A stretch of DNA of 64,000 nucleotides, taken from Eledone cirrhosa (Eukaryota). Both the position numbers and the translations under genes were made by a program. A model generated the notes under the pieces. It ran no database searches. It saw only the letters and a program-made list of their open reading frames with translations, and was not told the DNA's origin. The stretch lies in the NCBI GenBank assembly GCA_964016885.1, contig OZ024741.1, forward strand, positions 37,758,001 through 37,822,000, read 5' to 3'. Positions 1 to 14,244 of this stretch are shown piece after piece (position 1 is the first letter of the stretch; the number at the start of each line of letters is the position of its first letter).

Positions 1-228
1 CCCATCATTCTGTCACAGCTGATAAAATATAGAACCAGTTAAGCACTATATTCAATTTAATTGAATTTCATCTCCCCTAAAAATTACTGACCTTCTGCAT
101 AAATTTGAAACCATTGTTTATAGACAATCTAAAGGTTTATTTATTTGGTTAAGGATAAATATTATGTTTAATGCCTGTTGCTCAAATCATTGGCTTGCCC
201 ATGTCTAGGAATAAACATTGGTCACTCT

Positions 229-456
229 CCAATTGTGGTCGAGCCTGTAACAGTGGAGACTTCTGGTGTCCTTGAACCTAGGACCACCTCTCCACTCACC
301 ACCATCGGCACGGAGTTGGCTACCCGCAGGTGTGAGACTCATAACCTGGAATGGTTCTTCCAATGCTTCTCCCTCACCAGCCTCCGGGAGAAACTACTCT
401 ATTCTGTCCACCGGGACCGTGGAGCAACCAGCATGTGGGTTCCCATTTGCATATAA
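229..456 (+). mobile_element. Decayed 3' fragment of CRE-like (RLE) non-LTR retrotransposon
   Basis: Translation PVTVETSGVLEPR..IGTELA..LEWFFQCFSL resembles the C-terminal P..VET.G....LFQR.S.A..RGNA motif of CRE-clade elements; homologous to 24400-24590. Confidence 0.7.
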
Positions 457-679
457 TAGTGAGAGAGACAGAGAGTGACAGAGAACATCAACGCCCACAC
501 ATACTTGATAATACAACGATGTTATCCCCCCTCAGTCTTCCCTTATTCTGTTACTGTTGTCGTCAGAATCATATGCTGCTATTTATTGATAAGCTATTTT
601 AATTTCATTACCATTTTTATTTAATTCATTAGAATCGATTCCTTTGATCTTGCTAGTCTTCTTAAAATCCTTAGATCTT

Positions 680-941
680 TTAACCCCTATGTTACCATAT
701 TTCTATTGGAAAACATTGTCTATAGTTTTCAAATCAATTTGAAAATAATCAAAAATTTTGAGAGATTCAGTAATGTAACTAACTTTTTCATTATCAAACT
801 GGTGTTTGGAACATAACTTAACAAAGATTCTTACCTAGAATTATGACGGAAGGTTTTTAGTTGAACAGAAACACCTTAAATTAAAAAGCTTTATATGATA
901 GAACCCATGGCAATTTCAGCAATTTTGTCATCAATAAAGTT
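680..941 (+). mobile_element. ttaaccc-type MITE (piggyBac-like ends), copy of a family repeated about 10 times in 0.7-17 kb
   Basis: Starts ttaacccc and shares the core tggtgtttggaacataacttaacaaag with copies at ~1420-1531, 2040-2530 (several partial), 7701-7944, 9050-9228, 10708-10935, 12380-12605 and 16898-17070; the best copies end ..aaaagggtta(a). Confidence 0.7.
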
Positions 942-2888
942 ACCCCCCCCCCCTTCTTCTGATAGGTAATGCTTGGTGTTAACAGTCTGTATATTTTGTG
1001 TTTATACTTCCTTAATATTAGGAGATAAACCACATGCCAAAATTACATTCTTTTGCCAGAATTTGTTATTTTTCCTGTTTTCTTCTGCAAATAATGCAGT
1101 TAGGCTATTTACTGACCCCCGCCCCCCTCCAAAAAAGTGGCAGACTAGTTTTAAGAAGTCTCTGGAACTGTAAAACTTTCCTTTCTTGTTGATAAATTGC
1201 TACTGTATCTTATACAGTAATAGTTCCCTTGTTTCACCAACAACCACCTCAGCAATCAATTATATTGATGCTGAAAGAAAGAAAATATATATTTGGCTTT
1301 TTGTTCTGATGTTACCATATGTTTATATTTAGTCCATTTCAATGAAATATCTAGTTTTCTTAGGTAGCAGGGTGAAATTCTTTAAATAGTCTTTATTTTG
1401 CATTTATTCCCCCTTTCATTTCTGAATTTGGAAGGATTTAACAATATAACTAACCTTCTCATGATTATGCTGATGTTTAGTATTTTTAAAACCAAGGGTA
1501 ATTTCAGAGGGTTTGTTTCCAAAAGGGTTAAGAAACGCATACTAAATCTCTATTAATCTATCAAATAATAAATATATGGGAGGATGCAATATAAACACAT
1601 TGAAGTACTTAGTTGTACACAGATTGTGTGAAACACAAAAAGAACAATAGGGTTTAAATAGGCCACATGTAGTCATGTAAATAATAAAGTCAATAGACTA
1701 TGTAACTTAGAGTTGTCTTAAAACAGCATGGATCATGGCTTGAAAAGTTATGCTTTCAACAAATTGTGCCTGTGACATGATTTTAAAATATATTTCAGTG
1801 ATTGTGTCAATGTCCTTGTTAATGCAATGAGTAGTAACGATGTCATCATTTTAAATTACTCTATATTGAAACAGTAAATTAAATCAAACAAGAGCAGGTT
1901 TTTCTATTTTTAGATAATCTTATTTTAAAGGAAATTTTAAAAAAATCCTATTTAGTTTTGTTTGAATCACTCATAATTATTTTTAATGTATTGTTGGTTT
2001 TAATTTAAACTTAATTTTAGAATGTAACTATAAAATATTCTTTAACACTTGTTATTACATTTTTAATGAAATACACTGCTTACTAATTTAAACTTTGGGA
2101 CATAAATTAACAATGGGTCTTACATAGAACATTCTAAACTAAATTAGTTTTTTTATCATAAAACCAAGGGCGGTTTTAGTTGCTTTGGTATCAAACAGGT
2201 TGTGTGAAGCCAGTGTTTTGGATGGAAGAATTTTAGATAAATGTGAACACTAAAATTATCAGTTTTGTTTTGTAGAACCAGGGATAGTTCCATGTAATTT
2301 GGTATCAAAAGAGTTCATACTCTTATTTTTTTTTGGGGGGGGGGAGTCTACATCAGTGGGAGGTTTCAAATTTGAATGTAGGCAAAATTTTGCCTGCAAA
2401 CTTGGTATTGCCTGTCCCTATTGTATCTGTTAACAAGAATTATTACTAGAGAGCTTGTGTGAAAATGTCATAGTTTTGTATTGTAAAACCGGGGGATGTG
2501 GGAGTTCAGGTGGTTTCGTATCAAATAGGTGTTTTTTTTTGTTCTTTTAAATTCAACATTCTTTTCATCTGTCATCTAAGAGCAGTTGACAGTCCACTTA
2601 GCAAACACAATGCTTCTCTCTGAACAAGGGAAATTTTGCTCAAGTACTTCCTAAAAATAACGAATCGCTATAGAAATATGAATACTCTAGAATTGTCAAG
2701 GTTATATAACCACTGTAATGTTACATACTGGAAGAATGGAAATATTGGGTTCTTATCCATATTCCATCTGCTTTGATCTTTACTTCACTACAACTTGGAC
2801 TTCTGGAAACAATCTTTTACTATTTCAACATAAAATTAATTTTGATTGAATTTCGATCTACTTAAGAGCCTGTCAGTTTATCTATCTA

Positions 2889-2919
<31 letters not shown>

Positions 2920-3116
2920 CTATTTTTACAAGTACGCACATTGAACTCATGTAAAATGCTTCAAAATATTCTGTATATGTATGTGTAGATGGATGGATAG
3001 ATACATAGATGTCAACACATAAAATTACACACACATAACCACTGATTCATTACACCCTCACTAAAGGTTATAGTGACATGGATGTTCATGTGGTATGGAA
3101 TTTGTACTTTAGTCTG

Positions 3117-3148
<32 letters not shown>

Positions 3149-4042
3149 AAGAGAGAGAGAGAGAGACATAGGTAACATTTGTGACATTTAAATGGTTGAC
3201 CATCTGTTGGCTTGTTGGCTAAACTGGCCTAGATACTTCTCTTAATTATTTTTGGCATATTGTTATTAGAATCAATAACAATTCAATTGATTTCTTAATT
3301 TGTAAACGTGTTGCAAACTGTATAAAAAAGAATTTTCTAACAATATAAACAGAATACCATAGACTTTGATATATCATCCCTAGAAAGCTCACTACAGAGT
3401 CATCTCTTCATTGCTGATGTGCCTGGTTATTTTACACACACTTACACATACACAGTCACAATCACACTCACACAAAGGTTTCAGATTATATATATGTATG
3501 TATATATGTATAAAAACAAAACAACAACAATGTTTTTTTTATCTTCCAAGCCCTTTCAATTGGAAAAAAAATAATTGTTTTATGTCTATGACAATCATCT
3601 CTTGTTCAGAAAAAAATCTTATGTGAGAATTTTTTTTTTAATTTTTTTTTTTTCTAAAATCAATAATTTGTATCTATCTAATGTGTGCAGGCATACATCC
3701 ATAGGACTCGGCTGTTGCCTATACACCTATATTATAAATATTCTATAAATTATGTGAGTTGAAGTTGCAGGTAGGAAGGCAGGCAGATGGCAACCACCTA
3801 CCTGCAAAGCCAGAGGCGGTAGCAGAGTTATTGAGAAACAAACAGCAACAACCACTACAGTTTTTAAAAAATAATAATATATATATAGCAGACATCTTGC
3901 AGGAGAGGTGAACTTAGCCAGAAGTTTTGCCGTCCGCTGAGTAACCGTCGAGTTCCATCACCATCAACCATGGCTCCATCATCCCTTCCTTTCTTTGGAC
4001 TAATTAACTCTTAACATCCTGTAATGATTTAGCCGAAATATG

Positions 4043-4074
<32 letters not shown>

Positions 4075-5327
4075 TAAATGGATTTGTTAATTCAAATGCT
4101 TATAGTATCTTTACTAGTAGACAGATTGTGAAATTTACAGTATTAGAGTAAAGACTTCAATTTTTAATGTGATGCAGTCATAGTGCTGTTTTATACTTCT
4201 CAAGAATGTCTTGCTAATGCTGTTTCATATGGTATAGGACGTTACGAGTTAATAATTTTCTCTTCCTCCTCTCCATCTCCTTACCCTTGCTGCTCTCTCA
4301 CCTGCATTTTTTTGCCTTTATTTTTGTAATATTTTTTTTTCCGTGTACATTCTTTAAAATAAAGGCTACCGTTTCTTTTCTTACCTAGCCCTGATTGTAT
4401 CCTTCAACTTGACATTAATCTGCTACTTGAACTCTTTCTTTCTCTCCCTCTCTCGTTTCCCCACTCCAATACCTTTTCCCACATTTAGTTGCATACATCT
4501 ATTTACAGGTAAGCTACTGCCACCACCACCCCTTCTCCATCACCCCCCCCCCCCCATCCGCTATTTCTTATTTCTTGGAAACTATTACTGTTGGTTGTTT
4601 TAGTTTATATTTTATAAACCCTGGCATTTTTTTTTTCCATTTTCCACTCTCACCTCTCACTTTCTCTTATACTTAACATTGGTTTGTATTTTCCCTTACT
4701 GTTATTAATATTATTATTATTAATATTACTATTATTATTATCATCATCGTTATTCTCCCTTTTATTGTTTCATATCAACATCGATACACTTATCTCTACT
4801 TAAAGCTTCATAACTATGTAAGAAACAGTTATCATCATCATTGTTATAATCATGTCTTCTTCACTGACTGATCAACAGGTTCATTTTTTTATATTATATT
4901 TTTTATTTATTTTGTTAATATTGGTAACTTAACCCTTACACCTCAACTCCTCCATATACACCATATACACTTAACAAATCTACATAACAATGAAGTTCTA
5001 GATTTTAATTTATAGAAAACTTAAGGTAAACAAATCTATTGTTCCTTTTTTCCTATACCCCAAAATTAGTGGTTCAAAAAATCAATTGTCCTTTCTCCAC
5101 TCTTTCCCTATTTTTTTTTTACCAAACTTTATTAAACAACCCCCTATTTTTTTGGCATTAAAAAATTGATGATAAAAACTCAATGATGATAAAAACACAT
5201 TTCTCAAGTATCTATGATATTTGATTCTCCTTTAGTAGTGATTAACAGCAGGATCTATGTTTCAAGTACCAGTAATGCACTGGGATAATTACTGGTCTTA
5301 TGCCAAAAGTAGAGACATTATTATTAT

Positions 5328-5530
5328 GCAGTATCAGTAGAGCGTCAGACACCTTGCTTCATGGCATAGAGTTACATCCCTTTACGTTCTGAGTTCAAAT
5401 CCCGCCAAGGTTAGCTTTGCCTTTCATCCTTACAGGGTCGATAAAATAAAGCACCAGTAATGTACTGGAGTCGATTTCATTAACTTTACTCCCCCCTAAA
5501 AATTGCTGGCCTTGTGCCTAAATCAGAAAC
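5328..5530 (+). mobile_element. tRNA-headed Meta-domain SINE
   Basis: B-box-like gagttcaaatccc followed by ttgcctttcatccttacagggtcgataaaataaagcaccag and tail tgtgcctaaatcagaaac. Confidence 0.85.
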
Positions 5531-6358
5531 TATTATTATTATTTTTATCACTAATACATAATCAATTGTTTTCTAAATGGAATAAGTAATATTTGGTCTC
5601 CTCACCGACACAACTATCTTTGTGGATTGCACATAACACCCGATACACATACACTCACACATAGATATATACATACATACATACATACATACATACATAA
5701 AAACAGCTATAGATAGATTATAGAGAGATAGATAGACAGAGAAAGAGAGAGAGACAACACCATTGGCAGAGAACATTTTAGAATATTTTCACAAACCCCC
5801 TTCTCTTACATTTGTGTTCCATGAATTCCAAATTTAAAAAAAAAAAATTGTAGAACATTTTTGACAGCATTTGTGTGAGAGACGGACAAGAAGGTTGTAC
5901 AGTTATTATTATATAGATTTCTTAAGACAAACATGAAATTTTCTTTAAATACATGTCACAATGAGGAATTGGAATTTAGGGATGTTTATGGAGGTTTTTT
6001 TCTTTTTTCTCTTGGGGCATTAATGAAGTAAAGATGTTAGAATTGGGAGTTGAAACCCATGTTATACACACACACTAAACATGCTGAGTAATTCAGTGAG
6101 AGAGAAAAATGTTTATATTGGTGGGTAGGTACGAGATGGCCTGTGTAAATACTGAGAAATACACTTAAAGTTCTCACTTTGATTTTTATCTCAATTGAGA
6201 TATTTTACCGAAGCAGCATAAACTATTTTTTTATTTCCTTCTTCATTTTAATTTAAACTTTTAAAATTGTTGTATAAAGTATTTCATTCCCGGAGTCAGT
6301 TTTTTTAAGAGATGGGCAGATTGGTATGAGCTTGTATTTCTTTCTTTACTGTTTCTAG

Positions 6359-6400
6359 GAGAGACTGTGTTCACTGCTGTCAATTGGCTCATGTCATCAG
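6359..6400 (+). CDS. Candidate 42-nt internal exon of an unidentified host gene
   Basis: Pyrimidine tract ttctttctttactgtttctAG, then 42 nt open in all frames (phase-1 reading xETVFTAVNWLMSS), then a weak donor AG|GTGCTT. No homology recognised. Confidence 0.3.
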
Positions 6401-7700
6401 GTGCTTTGTCTTCTCTCTTTCCCTCTATTAATCTAACTGTCTTTCTCTCTCTCTTTCTCACACACACACACACACACACATATATATCACACACTTGTAT
6501 ATTATGACTTTAGTTTAGTTGAATATAACTGTCATGTAATGACTTCTCCTTCCTAGCCCTTGTATTTATTTTCTTCTTTCTTTCCTTCCCTCCTGTCTGC
6601 TGTGTCTGGCTGAAGTCATCCACAGCAGCAAGCAATTCCAGTCTGCTGTAGACAGGTTTTCTCTCCTGCTTCCACCTCTACCCCTGTGCCAACCATAAAC
6701 AACAAGAGGAGCATGAATTTCACTTGCCTCCTCCTCCTACTACTACTACTTTCTTTCTAACCAAACTAAACTAAAGGAATGTTCCCCATCCCTCTACCCT
6801 CTCTGTTCTGTTATATGTGCTGAAGTAGACTAATCCTTCATCTCTTCTTCCTTATTCAGTTTCAATTTAACTTACTTTCTTCCGCCCTGTTCTTGTGTCT
6901 TGTGCACTAGGGCAAACTACTGTTGTTTCACATAAACCAACCACCACACTGGATTTCTCTTATACAAGGAGCCTTTTCAGTTCAGAACCTGCTTCAAGCT
7001 CGCTTGGCTGCTTGCTTACTTTATTTTATTAGATTTTATTATTATTATTTTTTTCTTTTCTTTTCTACCAGTCAGTATTTATTTAGTCCTCCTCCTCGCA
7101 CCCAGCCACACTTCCTAGCTCACTTTCTTTCTCAACTGACTCAACCACTCCATGTCTGTCTACATCCCAAACAATTTAACAGTAGATTGCCAAATTCTCA
7201 GCCAAGCTACAGTTTATGTTTGCTTCTAGCCATGTCACAGAATATGTAGTTACTATCAACTAGACAAACTTTTATAAAGTATTGTTTGGCTGGCTGGCTG
7301 GATAGATGATAAATGGCTAGCTGGTTGGGTGGCTGGTTGACCAGCTGGCTGGCTGCTACTGATATTATATTATTACACGGAAACTACTTCTAGTGGAAGA
7401 TTCCTTCCTCTCTTATTCCATCACTTCCACCTTAGTTTATCTCTCAAATTAAGATCTAGTTGGTGACCTTGACTGTTAAAACATGTTATTCTCAACCGCT
7501 GGAAGTACAGACATCCTCTTTCATCTTACACTCTTATTAACCCTACTATTTGACCTTTGTAAAAAGTCTTCAATAAATCTAGAAAAAGTACTTTTTTATG
7601 TCCAAACACCGATTGATAGATAGAATAATATCCTGAGTTTGATTTATTTAGTTTACTTTCATTGTTAAAAGATATTTGGTTCGCAATATGGTGAAGTAAG

Positions 7701-7944
7701 TTAACCCTTTCATTACCATATTTCTGTCTATAATTTTCCAATTATTTTGAAAATAATCAAGAATTTGAAGGGGTTTAATATAATAAGCTTTCTTGTTATT
7801 AAGTTAGTGTTTGGAACATAACATAACAAAAGTTCTTACATCAAATTACAATAGAATTTTTTTAGATAAATATAAATACTTTAAATTATACAGTTTTGTA
7901 TCAGAAAATCAGGGGTGGTTTCAGACAGTTTATCAAAAGGGTTA
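7701..7944 (+). mobile_element. ttaaccc-type MITE, near full length
   Basis: Ends ttaaccctttcattacc ... tatcaaaagggtta are imperfect terminal inverted repeats. Confidence 0.75.
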
Positions 7945-8282
7945 CATTTTTAGAAAAGCAGTTTCAAGTCTGTAAATTGTATTGTTGATCAAGAGTGACT
8001 TAAATGTGAGAAAATTACATTGTTATCCTGTTTGCTACACAAACTATTTTTACTCCAAAACATTCTACAAGAGCCAACCAACTTTTTTTCTTTTTTCACC
8101 AAAGACCAAAACTTTAGCTTCAGGGTAAACATAAAAGAAATGATCGATAATTAGATGCTTCAACTTCTTCCATATTTACTGTAATAAAGATAAACTGAAA
8201 ATGTATCTGTGCTAATTTACATGATGTTTTCAATGTTAAGAGTTAGATGGCTGTTGACCAAACTTTATTATTACATGTGATA

Positions 8283-8722
8283 GGGCAGAGAATTGGCAAA
8301 ATCAGATGAGTGTTGGACAATATACTAAGCAGCATTTAGTTATGACCATTTACATTCTTCTGAGTTCAAATCCTGCTGTGGTCAACTTTGCTTTTAATCC
8401 TTCCAGAGTAGATAAAATAAAGTACCAGTCAAATTCTGGGTTGTTGTAATCAACTTACCCTCTCTCCAAATTACTGGCCTTGTGCCTAAATTAGAAACCA
8501 TTATTACACATGATTTGGCAGAATCAGATGAGCGTTGGACAATATGCCTGATGGTATTTAGTTATGGCTCTTTATGTTCTGATTTCAAATCCAGTTAAGA
8601 TCAATTTTGCTTTTCATCCTTCCGGGATCAATGAAATAAGGAACAAATCAAGACATGGGGTTGATTTACTCAATTTTCCTCACCCCTCTCCAATTGCTGG
8701 CCATGAGCTTAAATTAGAAACC
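8283..8722 (+). mobile_element. Two tandem decayed Meta-domain SINEs
   Basis: Two successive copies (about 8283-8500 and 8515-8722) with B-box, Meta core and ttagaaaccattattac tail; most CpGs are mutated. Confidence 0.8.
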
Positions 8723-10707
8723 ATTATTACATATGATGAAAGGTTTGACATTATATATATATATATATCAATTAAAATAAATAATTTATTTTCATATTCC
8801 TAATGAATGCAAATATAAAATGCTTCTATCTATTTACTATTGTAGCCACAAACTAAGCACATAGTATTACGATCCAATCTTGCCATAAACAAAAAATGTT
8901 CACCTCTCTATTCATCTTAGAATGTGCCAAATGAAAATTGTCTCAAGGTTTTCCTCATTTAAAAAAAATGTCTTAAAATCTAGTTAAGCATACTTTTTAT
9001 TGTTCAAGTTCTTCACAAAAGTTATTTAATTTTGTAATTTAATTCTTCTATGGTTTTCAATTAATGTTGAAAAATAATTAAGAATTTGGAGAGATTTAAC
9101 AATATAACTAACTTCCCATTATTTATCTGGTATTTGGAGCATAGTTTAATAAAGTTCCTCACATAAAATTATGATGGAAGGTTTTTAAACAGGGCTAGTT
9201 TCAGGCAGTTTGGTATCACAAGGATTAATCTTTAGCTAAATATTGTCTAGAAATTATGTCCACAGCTTTTCCTTGAGCATTTTTATCAATGTGGGTCTCT
9301 TGTAGCTATTCTTTTTTTTTTTTTTTTTCATTTTTTAATAAGGATTATCTAGATGAATACCCTTTATTTGGTCAACACTAACCACTAGGCCATGTACCTT
9401 CACTACAAATCTGAGATTTTGATAAAATAGTCTCTAATGAAATTATATAATGTTCCATCTATTAGTCATCTAACATATTTATGTTTTTGGTTATTATTAG
9501 ATTTGGTTCTATCCTTGTTATATAATATCCCCCCCCCCCCTCTCTGCCCTACTGAGACATTTATCCGTCCTTCCAATATCAACATAAGGTATAAAACTGT
9601 TGAACTTAATTGTGTGTTTTCATCAAGTTTTCTTCAAATCCTCTTGCAATAAGCCCATGTTCACAAAGCTCAACTTGGAATATCTTATATCTAAGTCTGT
9701 AGAATTAGTCAAAACTATTTTTACTAGCAGTTCCTCTCTGTTTACCTTTGGTTCAGAATAGAAATTTACTTTGTTTCTCTCAGCGATTTTGAAGTTGCAC
9801 TTGTCTAGGGAATGACTTGACTCTGTGCTGAAAGTAAAGCAATTACATTGTGCAAGAATCATTTTTAGCCATTTAAATTTATCATATATTTGTTGGTCTC
9901 AATATTTTTGCCCCATTATTTGTGACTTAGAACTGTATATTGACCATGTCACATCAGTGCATCAGGAATGTTGACACCAAGAAACAAATAATAAATGTAA
10001 ATTGAACAGTTCTTGTATTTTTTAAAAATGTTTTTCAGAAATGTTTATAACTTATAATTAATATTTTGAGCTTCTTTTATTTCTTCAGTGGATTAACTTA
10101 CATTGATCACTATATTTCTCTCTCTTATTCCCCTTTGACTTCTTCTTTACATCATTTCCTTCATATTGTTAGTTAGTTCCTCCTCCTCCCCAAAGAACAT
10201 TGGTTATAAGTCCTGCTATGAGCCTATTCCCAGGTCAAGCCCAAGACCTTCTTCTCTTCCATTATCTTCAACCAGTTCTTGACAGGTCTGCTTCACTTTC
10301 ATATATCCAACTGGAAATATATATATATTTTTCTAAATTATTCCTCTTTCTAAAATATATGTTTTTCATTTCACTACACAAAATACCTTCACTTTTCTAT
10401 TTATCACAATTATACCAGCAGCCTTATCAATCAGTCTATTTCTTTGCTTTCAAACATTATTGTCTTTTTCCTATCTCCTGACCCCTGCATAAACTGTTGA
10501 GAAGCATCCTTCTCCCCTTGTTTTGATGAATCTCTAGAAGGCTTTTGTAGGTGCCTAGGTGGTATCTGTATGTCAACATAGGTATAATATATAGTCATTT
10601 GTCATTTGTTCATGGCTTTATTGTGAGCATATAATTGTATCTAGGTCTCCCTCTGGATATGTCTTGCCAGGGTTCAGTCAGTCGAGCAAAGGTTAAGTAA
10701 GGTCACA

Positions 10708-10935
10708 TTAACCCTTTCATTATCACTTGTTTAATGAAAGATACTGCCTCAAGAAATTGGAAGGTTTAGTAATATTATTAACTTGTTCATCATTAAGCTT
10801 GTGTTTGGAACATAACTTAACAAAGGTTACATAAAATTATGATGGAAGATTTTGAGATAAATATAAACACTTTTAAAGTGTTTTTGTATCATAGAATTAG
10901 GGTAGTTTCAGACAGTTTTATACAAAAAAGGTTAA
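10708..10935 (+). mobile_element. ttaaccc-type MITE
   Basis: ttaaccctttcattatcac ... tacaaaaaaggttaa, TTAA at both ends. Confidence 0.75.
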
Positions 10936-12899
10936 GGATGGTTGAGTTTGAAGTGAGCTGTCATTTGTCAGTGGGTGGTGGTCACTCAAGGATAGGAAAG
11001 AAAATACCGAATGGTGGACAAAGAAAAAAATCTAACACCTCTTCTCTGTTATATTTCTTTAGAAATTGAAGAAATACAATTCTTTTCATTCTCTCTCTCT
11101 GATCCATTTATTTCATCTGTTCTGTCATCTTATCTACATTGTTCAATGTGGATGCATGCATGGCTGAGTAGTTTTAAATGTTTGAGATCCTGGGTTCAAA
11201 TCCACTGTTGGGTTTCTTAAGCAAGTATCTCTGATATAGCTTTGTGTCCTTCATCATTTACCTTCCCCTCTTTCTCACTAGATAATCTCTACAAGGAATC
11301 CACCTTCCCAAGAACCTCCCGTCAGCCAATGTGTTTACATTTGTGTTTGTTAAAGACCATTAATTGATAATATTACCATCTCATGCCCTTTGCAAAACAT
11401 CAGCTAGATGTTGCCTCAAGGTGCCAGTGGACAGAATTACAAATAGATTACTCCCAGAAATAGTGAGGTAGATGTGCTGAAAGAGCCAGTCAAACTTATG
11501 AGGCTCATTCTTGCAGATGGCCTTCACTGTTCTAATTGAAATAAAAATAGAGGTGGTTTGTGGACCAGAACATGAGATATTTCCCTCTCGGTTGATAAAC
11601 AGTTTTTCCTCATCAATCACCTTCACGGTTTCTTGATAATCTCCATATGAACTTCTCTCCCCTCAATATTCTCCTTGTAACCAATATCTTGACAGCCATG
11701 TATTGGCTACCCCATTTAGCTAGTCCCTACACGAACTTCATGTTCCTCAATAACCCACTACCAAGTACAGAGGTCAATATTTGTCTATAGTCATTTGCCA
11801 GCTACCCCATTCTATGTAGCTGTTATTTCTCTACAATCACATTTTCCTCCCAACCATTTTAGTTCTGATTTACCTTATTCTTTACTAATTTGCACTTAGT
11901 TTCCCTGACTCAGAAATCATAATAATAATGATTTCATTTATTAGCCACAAGGGCCGACAATAATAATAATAATAATAATAATACCAACAACAATAAAAGC
12001 GACCTGCTTAAGTTCTCTTCTGTGATTACAATGACTTTTATATTATTTTTGTTTACAATGATTTGATCTAAACTGCTGATTCATTCACACTATCCCACCT
12101 CTTTCCATTTGCCCCACTCTTTCTCTCTCTCTCCCCACTCTCTCTCTCTTCACACACACACGTACATATAAATTATTGCTAACACACAACAAATGACTCC
12201 AGCACTTTGCAAGTTCTTTATTTTTAATTAATTCTCTCTTCATAAAAAGGACTTCATGGGTATGTTTAAAACCCAGGCTAACTCTTGCTTTAGCAGGAGA
12301 AAACAGCCTTAAAATGCTAGTTGTTTCTTCACTTTAGTTTTCCCTTCACTTGTGGCAACAATTTTGTCACACTTGAGGTTACCTATCTTTTTGTTGTTAT
12401 ATTTCTAACAAAAGACACTGCCTATGATTTTCAAATGATTTTGAAAAAAACAAAAAATTTGAAGGGTTTTACTTAGATAACTTTCTCATTGTTAAGCTGG
12501 CATTTGGAACATAACTTAATAAATGTTCTTTCATAAAACTATGATGAAAAGTTTTTAGATAAACAATTTTGTATTGTAGAATCAGAGTTAGTTTGGTATA
12601 AAAAAATAGCAATATCATCATCTCAGTTGAAAATGTTGTCACGTATGTGGCTTATTTTAGGAGGGAAGGCATGAACATCACAAATTTCTTCATCATTGAT
12701 TTAGCTATACGTTTTTCTCTTACATATTTTTGTTTTAGCTAAGTTAACAATTTCTAATTATATCTTGCTTCTCTATATATTTCCTAGAATTAAGCTGATA
12801 AAACTAGGCCAGAATAAAATGGTTTGAGAAACTTGTTCCTCCATTCTTGCTTCTAAGCCACTACTCCTCAACATTGCAGTAGAATCAAATGCCTTGTAT

Positions 12900-13500
12900 G
12901 TAGGCATGGCCAAGGGGTTAAGGGTGAAATAGTTCACTTCACAATCATGATACCACATCATATTGGGCAAGTGTCTATGCCATAGCTTGAAGTCAACCAA
13001 AGCCTTGAGTAAAACTGGGTAGTCAGAAACTGAAGGAGCCCATTGAATGGACTGTAATTCAAAGTTTTCAGCTTTGTTACTCACTGATTCTCCTTAGGAA
13101 TTAAACTAGAGGTACATGTGTTGGGACAATACTCAGCCACTTAGATGTTGATTCACATTCAGATATTCAGTTGATCAAACAGTGGACATCATTGAAACCA
13201 ACAGGTGATCCAGTAACAGTTTGACATCAATACTGAAATGGTCAAAACAATTGGAGTGAATCAGTCTAAAGAGTAATTGATGTAATAATTCTTTCTAACA
13301 TTGACACAAGGCCAGCAATTTAGGGGATGAGGAAAGTCAATTAAATCAACCTCAATACTTAACTGGTACTTTATTTTTATCAACCCCAGGATTTAACTGG
13401 TATCTTATTTTATCAACCTGGGAAGAATGAAAGATGAAGTTGACTTCGGTGGGATTTGAACTTAGAATCAAATACTGGAAGACATTTTGTTCAACATTCA
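12900..13500. mobile_element. Cluster of decayed SINEs (tRNA-headed family on +, second family on +, Meta-SINE on -)
   Basis: ttgggcaagtgtct..caaccaaagccttg..gaaactgaa motif; tgattctccttaggaatt..ctcagccactt motif; reverse Meta core actggtactttatttt..gggatttgaact. Confidence 0.65.
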
Positions 13501-13515
13501 GATGTCAAACCATTA

Positions 13516-13598
13516 TACAGGATATTCCAAAAAGTCAGCAATAAACATCACATGATAATGACATTTAAATACATGGCTAACTTTGAGGACACCCTGTA
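13516..13598. mobile_element. Tiny Tc1/mariner-like MITE remnant
   Basis: TA-bounded imperfect inverted ends tacagg..ccaaaaagtcag / ctaactttgaggacaccctgta. Confidence 0.45.
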
Positions 13599-14209
13599 TT
13601 TATAAGTATGTGTACTGATCAAAGTAATATTTTTTCAGTTCCGTTTATCTACTGAAGTAACTGTGTTTACTGGTTTGTTGTGTTGGATACTTGGAATATT
13701 TCACAATGAGAATTAGTTAGCTGTTGACATACTCATGTCCACACTCACACATAATATCAATAGAGACTTACATAAACATATTCACACATAGTAGACAATA
13801 CATGCACAAACACACACATTACATTATGTACATGAACACATAAACAGACATACATTGTGTACACACACATTTAACATTTATAAAGGCACACATACATATG
13901 TATACATGCACACTCACACAGACGTATATCGCATAGCTCTGTCCTTAATAACTAATGACATAAGAGGGGAAATGGAAAGATAACTGCTGCGTCCTTGACC
14001 TTACTCTACTACTCCTTTGTCCAACTCTTCCTCCCCCTTTCCTACTAGTACTACACCCTCCCACCCGCCCGTCCTTAAAAAAAACTTGCTTGACTGGCTG
14101 AAATCAACACTAAACCTCTGGTGACATCTTAAATTCCGACCCTGCCCCTTCCTCCCTGAAAAACTCGACTGTCAAAAAAATGCCTGGTTTCTCTTTCATT
14201 TCTCTCCAG

Positions 14210-14244
14210 TTACTGCATCTTATATAAGAAGGAACAAGAAATAA
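14210..14244 (+). CDS. Candidate coding part of a terminal exon (xTASYIRRNKK*), followed by a UTR-like AT-rich region to about 16.1 kb
   Basis: Strong acceptor tttctctttcatttctctcCAG. Phase-1 reading ends in TAA and is phase-compatible with 6359-6400. The next ~2 kb has no recognisable transposons. Confidence 0.3.
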
